DNA of 64,000 nt from Octopus sinensis (Eukaryota). The stretch is from the NCBI RefSeq assembly GCF_006345805.1, contig NC_043007.1, positions 27,652,001 through 27,716,000 on the forward strand, given 5' to 3'. A model generated the notes under the pieces. The model was not told where the DNA came from, ran no database searches, and saw only the letters and a program-made list of their open reading frames with translations. Made by a program: the position numbers and the translations under genes. Shown in pieces: positions 24,334-37,190 of this stretch (its first letter is position 1; each line of letters starts with the position of its first letter).

Positions 24334-24572
24334 TAACGGGAAGCATTATGAAAATAGACAAAAGACGAAGGCAGGTTTACGGAAATAAACAAAGACGAAG
24401 GCAGGTGGAATACAAACAAACAATTGTATAAGTATGGCGCTCAGGAAATATAAATAAAACAAGTCTTTAACGTTTCGAGCCTACGCTCTTCAACAGAAAG
24501 ATACACAGAGAAAAAACACAGAAAGAAGGAGAGAAAAAAAATATGCGTGCAGAGGCTAGCGAATCAACATGG
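24334..24572 (-). mobile_element. Solo Penelope pseudo-LTR with HHR (24464-24501), ending in (TA)n
   Basis: Reverse complement of 27871-28082, with some substitutions and a short internal duplication. Confidence 0.85.
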
Positions 24573-24929
24573 AGGTGAGAGTTGGTGTGTGAAAGCACGT
24601 GGTTGGATGCATACAAAATAAAATAGAGTGGAAAAACTACAGAAGGCTTGTGGTATAATGTTAAAGAATATATTTAAGTCGATATGTTAGAAAACTGATA
24701 TAAAGTTTTGTGTATAGTAACATAGCTTTGGGATATATATATTATATATATAATATATATATATATATAATATATATTAATATATATATATATATATAAT
24801 ATATATAATAATATATATTGTATATATATATATATTATACTTTCGGTGCGATACCCTTGCATGTTTATAATTTGTATATATATATATATATATTTCATTA
24901 TAAATGCAAAACAACCACAGAGTCTGTGG

Positions 24930-25010
24930 AAGGCACTTGCCCAAGGTGCCGAGCAGTGGGACTGAACCTGGAACAATATAGTTGGGAAGAAAGCTTCCTA
25001 CCACACAGCC
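24930..25010 (-). mobile_element. SINE family B head fragment
   Basis: CACTTGCCCAAGGTGCC..GTGGGACTGAACC. Confidence 0.7.
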
Positions 25011-25432
25011 ATATTCATTACGGTTATATGGTTGTATTGAATTATACAACAGTTTGTACAATTTTATCACGTTTGTGAAACAGTGTCTCAGAGAAAGACT
25101 TGTCAATATTTTCTATATATAATGACGGCAAGCTGGCAGACACGTTAGCACGCCGAGCGAATTGCGTAGCCGTATTTCGTCTGCCGCTACGTTCTGAGTT
25201 CAAATCATGATGGACACAATCACCCACTCGAAAACAGACATACACACACACAGACACACAGACACACACACACACATGCGCATCATCACATACATACAAA
25301 TTCACTGACACACACACAAACGCATAAATACTTACACATACTTTCAATCACACGCATGCAAATGCACGCATGCACATGTATACAAATACAAACGCCTATA
25401 TAACATACTCAACACACATGCATATACATACA

Positions 25433-25464
<32 letters not shown>

Positions 25465-25466
<2 letters not shown>

Positions 25467-25612
25467 CGGTTCAGCAAAAAGAGACCGATAGAATAAGTAC
25501 TGGGCTTACAAAAAGAATAAGTCCCGGGGTCGAGTTACTCGACTAAAGGCGGTGCTCCAGCATGGCCGCAGTCAAATGACTGAAACAAGTAAAAGAGTAA
25601 AAGAGTAAAAGA
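25465..25612 (+). mobile_element. SINE family B tail with (GTAAAAGA)n end
   Basis: GGCGGTGCTCCAGCATGGCCGCAGTCAAATGACTGAAAC. Confidence 0.8.
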
Positions 25613-25805
25613 GTATATATATATATACACATATGCATACACACAACACAAACACACTCACACACTTACGCATGCACGCACATACACATATATGCAAGTG
25701 CACACACACACAAAATACACATGCGTATATACATATATATTGTAGATATATATATATATATATATATAATTATATATCTATATAAATATATGTATATATG
25801 TATAT

Positions 25806-27060
25806 TTGACCTCCTCCGTCTAACCCTGTACCTGACAACCTCCACACTCATTCGTCTGGCCGAACTTGTCCTTACTGCTTCTCGTTCGCGGCGAGTTCTA
25901 CCATCAGGTCTCGGGAGTGGCCATGGGAACGCGAATGGGCCCCAACTATGCGAACCTGTTCGTTGGCTATGTTGAGGCCCAAATATTCTCTAATTTCACT
26001 GGTCCCACTCCTGAACTATATGGTCGTTATATGACGACATTATCGGTGCCACCTCACTCTCCGCGAACATCTAGATTCCTTCCTCTCTTTCGTCCAATCT
26101 TTCCATCCAGCCCTCCACTTCACTCCACTATCTCCAACACCTCTGTCTCCTTCCTCGACATTTCGGTTAGCATTCTTCACTCCACTCTTACCACCTCCAT
26201 TCACTACAAACACACAGACTCACACTCATACCTCAACTTCTCTTCCTCCCACCCAGAACACACCAAGCTTTCCATCCCCTATTCCCAATTCCTCCGTCTA
26301 CGTAGGCTCTGTAGTGACGACCATGACTTTGAGACTCAGTCTCAACGTATGGCTCACCACTTCACCCTACGTGGATACCCCCTCACCACTATCCACACCG
26401 CCCTTGCCAGAGCACGGTCCGCGGACCGTATATCTGCTCTCTCTCCCCGAACCCGCCCTGTAGTCTCCCGCCTCCCTTTTCCCCTCACTTACCACCCCAC
26501 GACCCTACGTCTCCAACGCACCATTCTTCGAGCTTTCCGTCATCTCCAGTCCGACCCGTCCACTTCACACCTCTTCCCTAACCGACCCCTCCCCTCTTTC
26601 AAACGAGCCCACAACCTTCGAGACCTTTTGGTCCATAGCTCCTTCCCTGACCCTACCTCCCAACCCGGCTCGTTCCCTGCTCCCGCCAACGTTGCCGCAC
26701 TTGCCCTTACCTCTCAACACCACCCGCCTCACTAGCACCCACCATCGACCCTATCCCATCATCCACTCCTTCACCTGCACCTCCAGCAATATTATCTATT
26801 GCATTCTTGCTCTCTCTGCAATTCCTTGTACATCGGACAAACGGGACGCCGCTTGGCTGACCGGTTCGCGGAACACCTTCGTGACATCCACCTTGCGAAC
26901 GACACACCGGTCTCACGCCATTTCCGCTCCACCTGTCACTCCTTGCAACACCTATCTGTGTTCGGTTTGTCCTTACACAGAGGCCATCGGATTCCCGTTT
27001 GCGCCGTGAACAGGAATTAATCTTCTCTCTTCGCTCTTATACGCCATTTGGTCTCAACTC
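25806..27060 (+). pseudogene. PLE RT / GIY-YIG endonuclease ORF with several 1-bp frameshifts
   Basis: QVSGVAMGTRMGPNYANLF, RY(I)DD at 26025-26038, SFLDI, YKHTDSHSYLNFSSSHP, CSRQRCRTC at 26678-26704, IIYCI..CSLC..YIGQTGRRLADRFAEH, C-terminal PFGLN. Confidence 0.9.
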
Positions 27061-27129
27061 TCCCCCCTCCTCATCTAACCCCCTCTCCCCCTCCTCACAT
27101 ATCCTTTCTCCCCCCGACCCCTACTTCTT

Positions 27130-27395
27130 CAGTCCTTCATTCTTTCACCCCTACTCCCCTTCCCTTCTTCCCTCTTTCTCCCTCCTCTTCCCCTTCCCTC
27201 TGCTCCCTCACTCCTCTCTCCCCCTCTCCCCTCTTCCTCTTCATCCCCCCTCCCCCTTTCCTTCTCCCCCATCCTCTCATCTTCCCCTTCTCCTCCCCCT
27301 CTTCTTCCCCTCCCCTTTTCTCCCCCTCTTCTCCCCCTTCCCCCTCTTCTCCCCCTCTTCTCCCCTCTCCCCCTCCCCTTCTTCTCCTCACTACA
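27130..27395. repeat. Polypyrimidine/polypurine tract in the PLE 3' region
   Basis: Almost exclusively C/T on the plus strand. Confidence 0.9.
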
Positions 27396-27943
27396 CCACA
27401 TGACTTTACACATCACATCACATATGATGTGCCATACTAATACACACACCAACTAATACATACTAATACGTACTAATACATACTAGTACATACTAATACT
27501 TACACCAACCCTATACATACACACGTCCAGACCCCGCATACGCACTTATACTCTCTCACCACACACACACACTACCTATACATACCAATACGTACTAATA
27601 CATACGAATACATACTAATACATACACCAACCCCATACATACGCACGTCCAGACCAATCTTACGCACTAATACTCTCTCATACACACACACACAACACAC
27701 ACACACACACCTTATACATACTAATACATACACCAACCCTATACATAACACATCCAGACCCCTCCCACGCACTTTTAGCTGGTCCCTCAACCCTTTATCA
27801 ACCCTATTATCTCCCCTTATTTCGCTCTCGCGTCTCATGTTTGATCTTTGACCTCTGGCCGAAATCAGATCGCCATGTTGATTCGTTAGCTACTGCACGC
27901 ATTTTTTTCTCTCCTTCTTTCTGTGTTTTTCTCTCTCTGTGTA

Positions 27944-27981
27944 TCTTTCTGTTGAAGAGCGTAGGCTCGAAACGTTAAAGA
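27944..27981 (+). ncRNA. Minimal PLE-type hammerhead with variant core CUGUUGA
   Basis: tcttt-CTGTTGA-a gagc gtag gctc-GAAA-cgtt-aaaga; palindrome AACGTT. Confidence 0.7.
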
Positions 27982-28095
27982 CTTGTTTTATTTATATTTC
28001 CTGAGCGCCATACTAATACAATTGTTCGTTTGTTTTCCACCTGCCTTCGTCTTTTGTTTATTTTCATAAAGCTTCCCGTTATATATATATAACGG

Positions 28096-28543
28096 CAGAG
28101 GGAAGGGGAAGAGGGAGGGAGAAAGAGGGAAGAAGGGAAGGGGAGTAGGGGTGAAAGGATGAAGGACTGAAGAAGTAGGGGTCGGGGGGAGAAAGGATAG
28201 GTGAGGAGGGGGGTGAGGTTAGATGAGGAGGGGGGAGAGTTAAGACCAAATGGCGTATAAGAGCGAGAGAGAAGATTAATTCCTGTTCACGGCGCAAACG
28301 GGAATCCGGATGGCCTCTGTGTAAGGACAACCGAACACAGATAGGTGTTGCAAGGAGTGACAGGTGGAGCGGAAATGGCGTGAGACCGGTGTGTCGTTCG
28401 CAAGGTGGATGTCACGAAGGTGTTCCGCGAACCGGTCAGCCAAGCGGCGTCCCGTTGTCCGATGTACAAGGAATTGCAGAGAGAGCAAGAGATGCAATAG
28501 ATAATATTGCTGGAGGTGCAGGTGAAGGAGTGGATGATGGGAT

Positions 28544-28544
<1 letters not shown>
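28096..28544 (-). mobile_element. Inverted near-identical copy of the PLE endonuclease region
   Basis: Reverse complement of 26753-27202. Confidence 0.9.
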
Positions 28545-28578
<34 letters not shown>

Positions 28579-29059
28579 GTCATGTACATATGGACGCATT
28601 ATATATGTCCTAATGTCAAACTGTGAGGAACTTTTCTACTACCAACACCACCAACACCACCACCACCACAACCGCCGCCGCAGCCATCGCTGCTATCCCC
28701 ACCGCCACCACCACCACCGTCGCCGCCATCGACACCACCCCTCGCGTCTTTCTCTTAACTATCGTGTGTATATTGATATAAAGCGATTTATTTTGGAAAC
28801 GATTTTTGATAAAGAATTTATATTTTCCAAAATAAGCTTCTCCACTCGGAAACAGTCGGTTCTTACGAATGGCAACTTCTTTAATTTTGTTCTTTCTTTT
28901 GTATCCCAGAATTCTTTACTGTTTTATTCGTTTCCGTTATGTTGTTAGTCCAACTCTTCGAATTTATTTCATAGATTATTTGGCTTTTTTATTTTGTAGT
29001 TTTTTTTTCTCTTCTTCTTCGTCTTTCAACTATTTATAACTTTTATGCCCTCCAGTGTC

Positions 29060-29076
29060 ATTGTCTTCATCTTCAA

Positions 29077-29123
<47 letters not shown>

Positions 29124-29244
29124 CCATCCCCATCATCCTCATCATCATCATCATCATCATTATCATCATCACCAGCGCCACCAATACCAGAATCATCATC
29201 ATCATCCTCTTTTTTTCTTCATGTTCTTCTCACTACTACTACTA

Positions 29245-29300
<56 letters not shown>

Positions 29301-29437
29301 AGCTGCTGCTGCTTCTCCACCTCCCTCTGTTTCTTAATATCATTCCTTTTTTATTATTAGCATCATCATCTTCACCACCACCACCACCATTATCATCATC
29401 ATCATCATCATCTTTTTCTTTATGTTCTCCTCATTAT

Positions 29438-29506
<69 letters not shown>

Positions 29507-29752
29507 ATATCCACCCCTCCTGTTTCTTTCTAATATTCATTTTTATCATCATCGTCATCATCATCATCATCATCGTCATTGCCGTTTGCCGTTCTATTCA
29601 TAAAGAATGACAATTCAAAGAGATGCTATATTTAACAGACTTTCAGCTTTTGTAAGAGTAAGCACACAAAAAACAAAACACTAATACATACTGTTCTTCA
29701 CCCGCCAATATCACAGGTACTAACAACACCTCAACGCAACCTACTGCTACTG

Positions 29753-29792
<40 letters not shown>

Positions 29793-30097
29793 CATCGCTG
29801 CGGCTGCTACCACTACTACTATCACTACTACTATCACTACTACTATCACTACTACTACTGGTCGAGGTAGTGACGGTGATGGTGATGTTAGTTTTGGTGG
29901 TAGTGATGGTGGTGGTGGTGGTATTATTATTATTATTATTAGCAGTAGTAGTAGTAGTGGTGGTGGTGGTGGTGGTGGTGGTGGTTGTGTTGGTGGTGGT
30001 GGTGGTGTTGGTGGCAGTAGTAGTACTATTAGTAGTAGAGACAGTAACAACAGCAGTAATAGTAGTAGTAGTAGTAGTAGTAAGTAGTAGTAGCAGC

Positions 30098-30145
<48 letters not shown>

Positions 30146-30157
30146 CGAAGCAGCAAC

Positions 30158-30189
<32 letters not shown>

Positions 30190-30190
30190 A
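29060..30190. repeat. Compound triplet microsatellites (CAT/TAC/TAG/GTG)
   Basis: Direct reading. Confidence 0.95.
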
Positions 30191-30829
30191 GCGAGTGAGT
30201 CCACTATGCATAGAAAAATGAACGGATGGATACTGCTCGGTTCGAGCAACAATTAAAAAATTTGCAAAATCCACTTGAAAACTTTAAAGGATGGAAGACA
30301 CTTGATTCGATCCTTTATCTTCTGTGTTTGAATGCGACGGCGATCTACGTTGCCTTCCAAGCTCTCGGTGTCGATGTTGTATGTACCCGTCAAGCACTGG
30401 TGCGGCTGATATCAGCTTCACCACTCGTCACATTTTTTGGCCTTCTAATCAATTCCTCAAGACCAACAAATATAAACCTCATTGTACAAATCGCTTATAT
30501 AGAAGGCACTGTGCAGCCAGTGATCATGCTAGAAACAACAGCAACATGTCTTTTTTCTTCATTCGTTTTGAGTTCAAACCCAGTTGTCAGCTTTGCCCTT
30601 CATTCTTCTTGGGAGTGACTGGTACTAACTTATGCCCTCCCACAAATTTGCTGGCCTTAGACAGCGAACTGGCGCTACTGTTGGAGCGTCGAACAAAATC
30701 CTTTGTGGTCTTTGTTCTAGCTCTTTACGTTCCCATTTCCGATAATGTAGTGTTATACGTCCCTAAAAATAGAGCAAGCTCTTTATAGAATGGCTTTGCT
30801 CGTAGAGTTGCTTTTATGAAGTCTCGTAC

Positions 30830-31125
30830 TTAAATGGTTAGGAAATTCGGCCCGCGGTCGGAAGGCCTTGAGCTCGATTCCGCGCTGCGCGTTTTGTTCT
30901 TGAGCAAGTCAAGTTATTTCACGTTGATCCAGACCACTCAGCTGGCAAAAATGAGTTCTACTTGTATTTCAAAGGGACAGCCTGCTCGCACTCTCTATTA
31001 CGCTGGATCTTTTAAGGGTACGCGTGTCTGTGGAGTACTCAGCCACTTGCACGTTGCTTTCATGAGTAGACTGTCCCATTGATCGACTGGGCTGGAATAC
31101 TCGTCGTCGTAGCCGACGGAGTTTC
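30830..31125 (+). mobile_element. tRNA-derived SINE
   Basis: TGGTTAGG..CTCGATTCC..TTCTTGAGCAAG..GTACTCAGCCACTTGCACGTT. Confidence 0.75.
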
Positions 31126-31229
31126 TTTTATGTGTATATGTGTTTGTTGTGTGTACTTTAGTGCATGTTGTGTAGCCGCAAAGGCTGTACTCTAGAGTAC
31201 ATACTTCTGTATGAATGTATGCGTGTGTG

Positions 31230-31398
31230 TGTGGTTAGCAATAAGTGGCTGATCCTTTGAAATATAGGTAGAACTCATCTTTGCTAGGTGAGTGGGCTGG
31301 AGCAACGTGAAGTAAAGTGTCTTGCCCGAGGACACAACTCACCACCTACAATCGAATGCCCTAACCGCTAAGTCAAGCGCCTTGACACCACACACACC

Positions 31399-31458
<60 letters not shown>

Positions 31459-31590
31459 GTCGACATTTCTTTTCCTGTTTCCGCCTAACAAATCCACTAG
31501 AAGACACTTGCTCGAGGTGCTACGCAGTGGGATTGAACCGGCGACTATGCGGTTGGGAAGCAAGCTTCTTACCCCACAGCCACATTTGTG
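31230..31590 (-). mobile_element. Two SINE fragments separated by (TA)n
   Basis: GGAGCAACGTGAAGTAAAGTGTCTTG and AGTGGGATTGAACC..GGTTGGGAAGCAAGCTTCTTACC. Confidence 0.7.
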
Positions 31591-32279
31591 TATGTCGTCG
31601 GTACTTTAGGATGCGTGTGGCTGTATTCACACAGGTTATATGAAGCTATGTGATGCATGTGTGGTGTAGATGTATGCATTAGTGTGCCGATCAACTGGAA
31701 CGTTTAACGTCGTATCCGGCACAGTGCCCAGTTATATCTGCCTCGTCAGGAATGATTAACAGCCAAAAGTAAAAAAACATAATAGAAAAAATATATTGTT
31801 ACGAGTTCACCCTAAACTCCACCACTACAAAAAGCCAACTGATAACATTAAAGGCAAAACCCAAGATTTCTAAAAAGACAGTTGAGATCAAAACCAAAAT
31901 GGCTACTAAAACACTAGCAATAGGTTAACTCATACCGCCACGTATACCTTCCACCAATACCAGTAGATAGATGATAAATCCATATATTTTATCCCATCGC
32001 CATTCCTACACCGTGATTTCTTGATACTAAATATCACAATTTTGGCTCATGTCCAATAGATATTTCTAGAATTTATGGCAACTTCCAGAGAATTCTCAAA
32101 TCTCGAAAGGCGCCCGGACCGGAAATACTCGATTTCTATGTTTTATATTCTTTCCATGTTTAATCGTACTCTCCCTCGTTCTCTCTATATACACACAAAG
32201 CACAAGCATGTATGGTATATATATATATATACTAATACATGCATACATACATAAATACATACATACATACATACATGCA

Positions 32280-32313
<34 letters not shown>

Positions 32314-32345
32314 CATACATGCATATATGTATATACATATATATG

Positions 32346-32376
<31 letters not shown>

Positions 32377-32583
32377 TTATATGTATACATATATATATAC
32401 ACACGCATATATGTATAAATGTATATATATATATATGTGTGAGTATATATATTTGTATATATATATATATAAAAGAAATGAAGAAAATGCTATATTTATA
32501 TATATGTATATATATAGGCATAACTATATACAATGATATTTATATGCATGCATATATACATAAACTCATACATACGCACACAC

Positions 32584-32617
<34 letters not shown>

Positions 32618-32738
32618 AGACTGGTGGGGAGAATGCATAATAGGTAACAAGTGAGTAAACAATTGTAAGGAACTTTGAAGGAAATCCATTCAATAAGTCC
32701 TCTTCCTTCTTTCCTTCTATCTTTCTACTTTTCACCTC

Positions 32739-32769
<31 letters not shown>

Positions 32770-32959
32770 CCTCAACTCCAATGTTGTATCTCTTCTTTCA
32801 ATGTAAATCTTACCAGCTGCCGTTATGTTGTAGTAATTTTCATCTCCAAAGTAATAAATTTCCTTTTTCTCTCATTCTTCTCATTCTTCTTTTATTACCA
32901 TTATTGACTCATTCGATTTCACTTATTCTTATTCTTCGTCTTTATAATTCACTCTTCCT

Positions 32960-33175
32960 CTCCGAAGGCGGAGAGCTGGCCGAATCGTTACCGCGCCGGG
33001 CAAAACGCTCAGCGTCTTTTCGTCTGTCTTTATGTTCTGAGTTCAAATTCCCTCGAGGTCGACTTTGCTTTTCATCCTTTCAGATTCGATAAAATAAATA
33101 GCGGTTGGGCACTGAAGCCAATATAATCGTCTTACCCAGCCCCCTCAAAACTGCTGGCCTTGTGCTAAACATTAG
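32960..33175 (+). mobile_element. SINE family A
   Basis: GGCGGAGAGCTGGCCGAATCG..TTCTGAGTTCAAATTCC. Confidence 0.8.
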
Positions 33176-33292
33176 GAACAAATATTATTTATTTCCTATT
33201 TTATATTCTCCAGTATGAATCTTGCTACAAATCTCACCCGCCATGCCTGTGTATCTCTCACTGTTCCTCTCTTCACAAAGAATTGCAGACAC

Positions 33293-33345
<53 letters not shown>

Positions 33346-33443
33346 GTTTGAGATGATGTCATGTATTATATATTAGAAGACAGGAGGTACTAATTTCTTC
33401 TAATATACATATATAAATACATTTGTGCGTAGATACCACACAC

Positions 33444-33505
<62 letters not shown>

Positions 33506-34477
33506 GTTGACATCACTTTCATACACCTATACCATTTTCTCTCTCCGTCTCTCTCTCCTGTCTGTCTGTCTATCTCTCTCTCCCTCCCTCTCCCCCCCCC
33601 TCTCTCTCTCTCTCTGGTATTTTTTCGTCCCTTCAATTTTCGAATCTTGGTTAGCATTTAGCAGCATCTCTTCTGGCTCCACACGTCACATGTTCTTTTC
33701 TAGAAATGTTTCCGAATCTCTAAACTGCTGCATGGATTTAATGCACGTTTTCTCACACTAGCAAAATGCAACAGCAAACTCTGTCAAGTGAATGCTACGG
33801 ACACGAAGAGGATGACCGCTCTACTTGGCTACTAGGAATATTCACCACCCCAGAAATATGAAACATTGAACCAATTTCAGACACTGTTCCAACGCTCACC
33901 TTAGATAATGCAAACCGTTACTGTCCCCACTTGTGTAAAACCAGCGGACATTTGGCAAGTGTGTGTGTGCGTGGCTAGTTAATTCCCGGTGATTATTAGA
34001 CTAGTTTTGGGGATTTAAAAAAAATTAATCTCAGTGTGATTAATGGAAAGTTAATTACCACTGTGGCACTTGAAGCCAGAGCGTGAAGGAAGGCCTAACG
34101 GAATTAAATAGATAGCCGAAGGTTCTTTGCGCATTACTACACCGAACCTGCTTTTACGAGCAATTCAAAACACAAAACCTTAAGATCCGCAGTACTGTTA
34201 CGGGACCGGACAAAGGTTATTGAAGTTTTTACTTACAGCCTTATATGTTCAAAGCTCGAAGCAGACTGAGTTTGCAAAGAATAGTGAAGCTAAGAATATA
34301 TATTCGGTTCTTGGAGAATTTCTTTAAGAGCACATACTCACTGCAGAAATACACATTTATACATATTTATACACTCACATCCGGTCCTGTTTGTAAGCTG
34401 CAGAGTAGCCCAAAAGCTATGTATGTCTTCTTGAAAATAATTGAAAGCATATTCTCAAACAATATATAATATACATA

Positions 34478-34551
<74 letters not shown>

Positions 34552-35388
34552 TATATATACAATATATATATATATATATACATATATATATTACATATAC
34601 TATTATACATATATATATAATATATATATATATATTATATACATATATATATATATACTATAATATATATATATATATAATATATATAGATGTGTGTGAA
34701 GTGTCACATCTTTAAAAACAACAAAAAAAATGAACATGTTGATGATGACGGCGGCGACGTCGACAGGATGTGGTATAAAAGTTAGATATATTTGAAAGTT
34801 TTATTATAATGAAATCAGGCGAGTTTGCAATTAATAGTGAAGTCAAAGAGCTATACGGAGCTTATATAAATTTTCTTTAAGAGGTCATGCTCAGAGAATT
34901 TACACATTTACACAATCAAAATCATTGTAAGATTATACAAGATTCTCACGATTAGGATAGGAATGTATCAATGAGTCTTCTGAATTAAGAAAGAGATCTA
35001 ACATTTTTTTTAGGGTCGACTTCAAAACGCATAAAGAAGGCTTTCGCAGCTTTCTTTTTTCTGTCGAGGGCTTATATGCCCCTTTATTAGACTATTTTCC
35101 TTAATCATTTCACGGTGGTCGCCATAAGCTTTAAGCTTATATAAAAATACCATTATTATTATTTACAGGATTGTAAATATTAGGGAATGAATCCAAAATT
35201 ACAGGGAAAAATCAGATTTAGGGTTAAATCGAATTTTATAGTAAAAACCAAACAAGGAAAGACTTAATCAATACATAAAATTTTAATATAAATTAAATAA
35301 ACCGCCACTACAAATGTTTCATGTCTTTCCTTGTTTGGTTTTCAAATAGTGGTTTTGTCTCGAATTATATTATATAATATTTCTATAT

Positions 35389-35433
<45 letters not shown>

Positions 35434-35868
35434 GAGAGATAGAGAGAGCATACACATGCGCACACACATAGACAGACACACAATAAACATATATATGAAT
35501 AAGTAAATATATGTATAACAAATATATGTGTGTATGTGTGTGAGCGTGATGTTATAGCCATCAAAAGTAGAGTTTACTGGCAAGTATAATGCGATATAAA
35601 ACTCATTACGTTAATTACAGTCGAGAAATATATTTATTACAGCCAAAGACCAAAATGTAGTCCGGGCGATATAGGTGTACATAAATAGACCAAGAAGACA
35701 AAGAAAGACATCTTCAATAATCAGTTAGAAATGTTTCTCTACCAATTCCCCTTCCAATGCCAGCTCAGCTAACTTTCCAAGAGAAAATTTTCGTAATATT
35801 TGCGATTTTAAATCTTAGAATGACAATTCTTCGAACAGCCTGCTTGTGTATCTGTGTGTATCCGTGTA

Positions 35869-35899
<31 letters not shown>

Positions 35900-35916
35900 G
35901 TGTGGGTGTGTGCATG

Positions 35917-35972
<56 letters not shown>

Positions 35973-36067
35973 TATATATATATATGTATGTGTGTGTGTA
36001 TTGTATGTATGTAGGTATGTAGTATATAATGTTTATTATATTCTCACACATATACATACGTATTGTT

Positions 36068-36286
36068 TCGGGGGTATTGGAAAATTCCTGACTTGCAGGG
36101 TATTTTGTAAGGTTTGGTCGCAGATCCGACCTTCCAAGTTCTTTTACACGGATTACGAGAACTAAAGGACTGCTGCAATAAGCGTGTGAATCTGGGAAGG
36201 AGAATATGTTGAATGAATCATAATTAACTGATCCTCTCGAATTTTCTTTTACCCAAAGCCAGGAACTTTTCAGCTCTCCTCTCGTA
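36068..36286 (+). mobile_element. Mariner-derived MITE
   Basis: Imperfect TIRs (GGGGGTATTGGAAAATTCCTGAC / GCCAGGAACTTTTCAGC..CTCGTA); internal TGCAATAAGCGTGTGAATCTG..GAATATGTTGAA resembles a mariner C-terminus. Confidence 0.75.
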
Positions 36287-36829
36287 AATATGTTTGTTCT
36301 CACATTCATACACACAGCGGAGAGTTATGAATCCGTTATATCCTCTACTTTTAAAATTTATGATGAGGGCAAAAAACACTCTTATGTCATTTCATACCTT
36401 GAAACATGTTTATATTATCTCACGTCTCACATGTGGCAAACTGGCAAATACTTTAGAAGACCAAGAAAAAATATTTCGCTATCTTTCTCCCTTATCTTTG
36501 CTTTCAAAATCCTCCAAATCAGCTTTGCATTTCATCGTTTCCGAGTCCTTAAATTTAGGGCACATCTAGTTCCAAAACTATATAATCGGCTTAATCCCTA
36601 TTCTCAAGCTTCCCATCGTTGTACCTGAATCAGATGCTAGTTTCACGGATTTTAGATGTTAAATGGCTGGTATTTTCTATTCATAGTATTACGAGAGTTT
36701 TCGTTCTACATCGGAAGCGTTATTTTGGCAATAATGTGCACACACAAGGTTTCATTTCTAGTATCCTTATTAATGAATTCGGAAGTTGTTAGCTGGTACA
36801 ATTGTTTTCAGGCCTGACACAATACTTCT

Positions 36830-37190
36830 CGGCATTTCGTCTGTATACACGTTCTAAATTGGAAATTCTATCGAGGAAGACTTTTCCTTTCATCCTTTCG
36901 ATATCGATAATTTAAGTACCAGTTGTAAACTGGGGTCGTCGTAATCGACCTACCTAAAATGCTGGCTTTGTGCTAACACTTGATACCGTTATTAGTCAAT
37001 TTGAAGAGTTGGAAATATGTTTGGCAAGCCGGACAAAAGGCTTAGGGCATTTCGTCCACCTTTATCTTCCGATACAAAATTCTGCCGAGGTCGGGTTTTC
37101 CTTTCCTCAATTTGGGGTCAATGCCATTAGTATTAACTGCGCACTGGGATCAATTAATCAACTAGCACCCACTCCCAAAACATGAACCCT
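36830..37190 (+). mobile_element. Two degenerate SINE family A copies
   Basis: GGCATTTCGTC..AAATT..GAGG motif twice. Confidence 0.6.

Larger units (their letters stand above)
25806..28080 (+). mobile_element. Penelope-like element (Neptune-like), 5'-truncated, with 3' HHR pseudo-LTR
   Basis: RT, Cys linker and GIY-YIG, then a CT-rich 3' region and an HHR repeat ending GCTTCCCGTT|(AT)n; both ends lie in TA-rich tracts. Confidence 0.9.

Noticed and set aside
30226-30788. Overlapping 130-aa and 154-aa ORFs
   Set aside because: No motif recognised; the 3' part overlaps a degenerate minus-strand SINE A.
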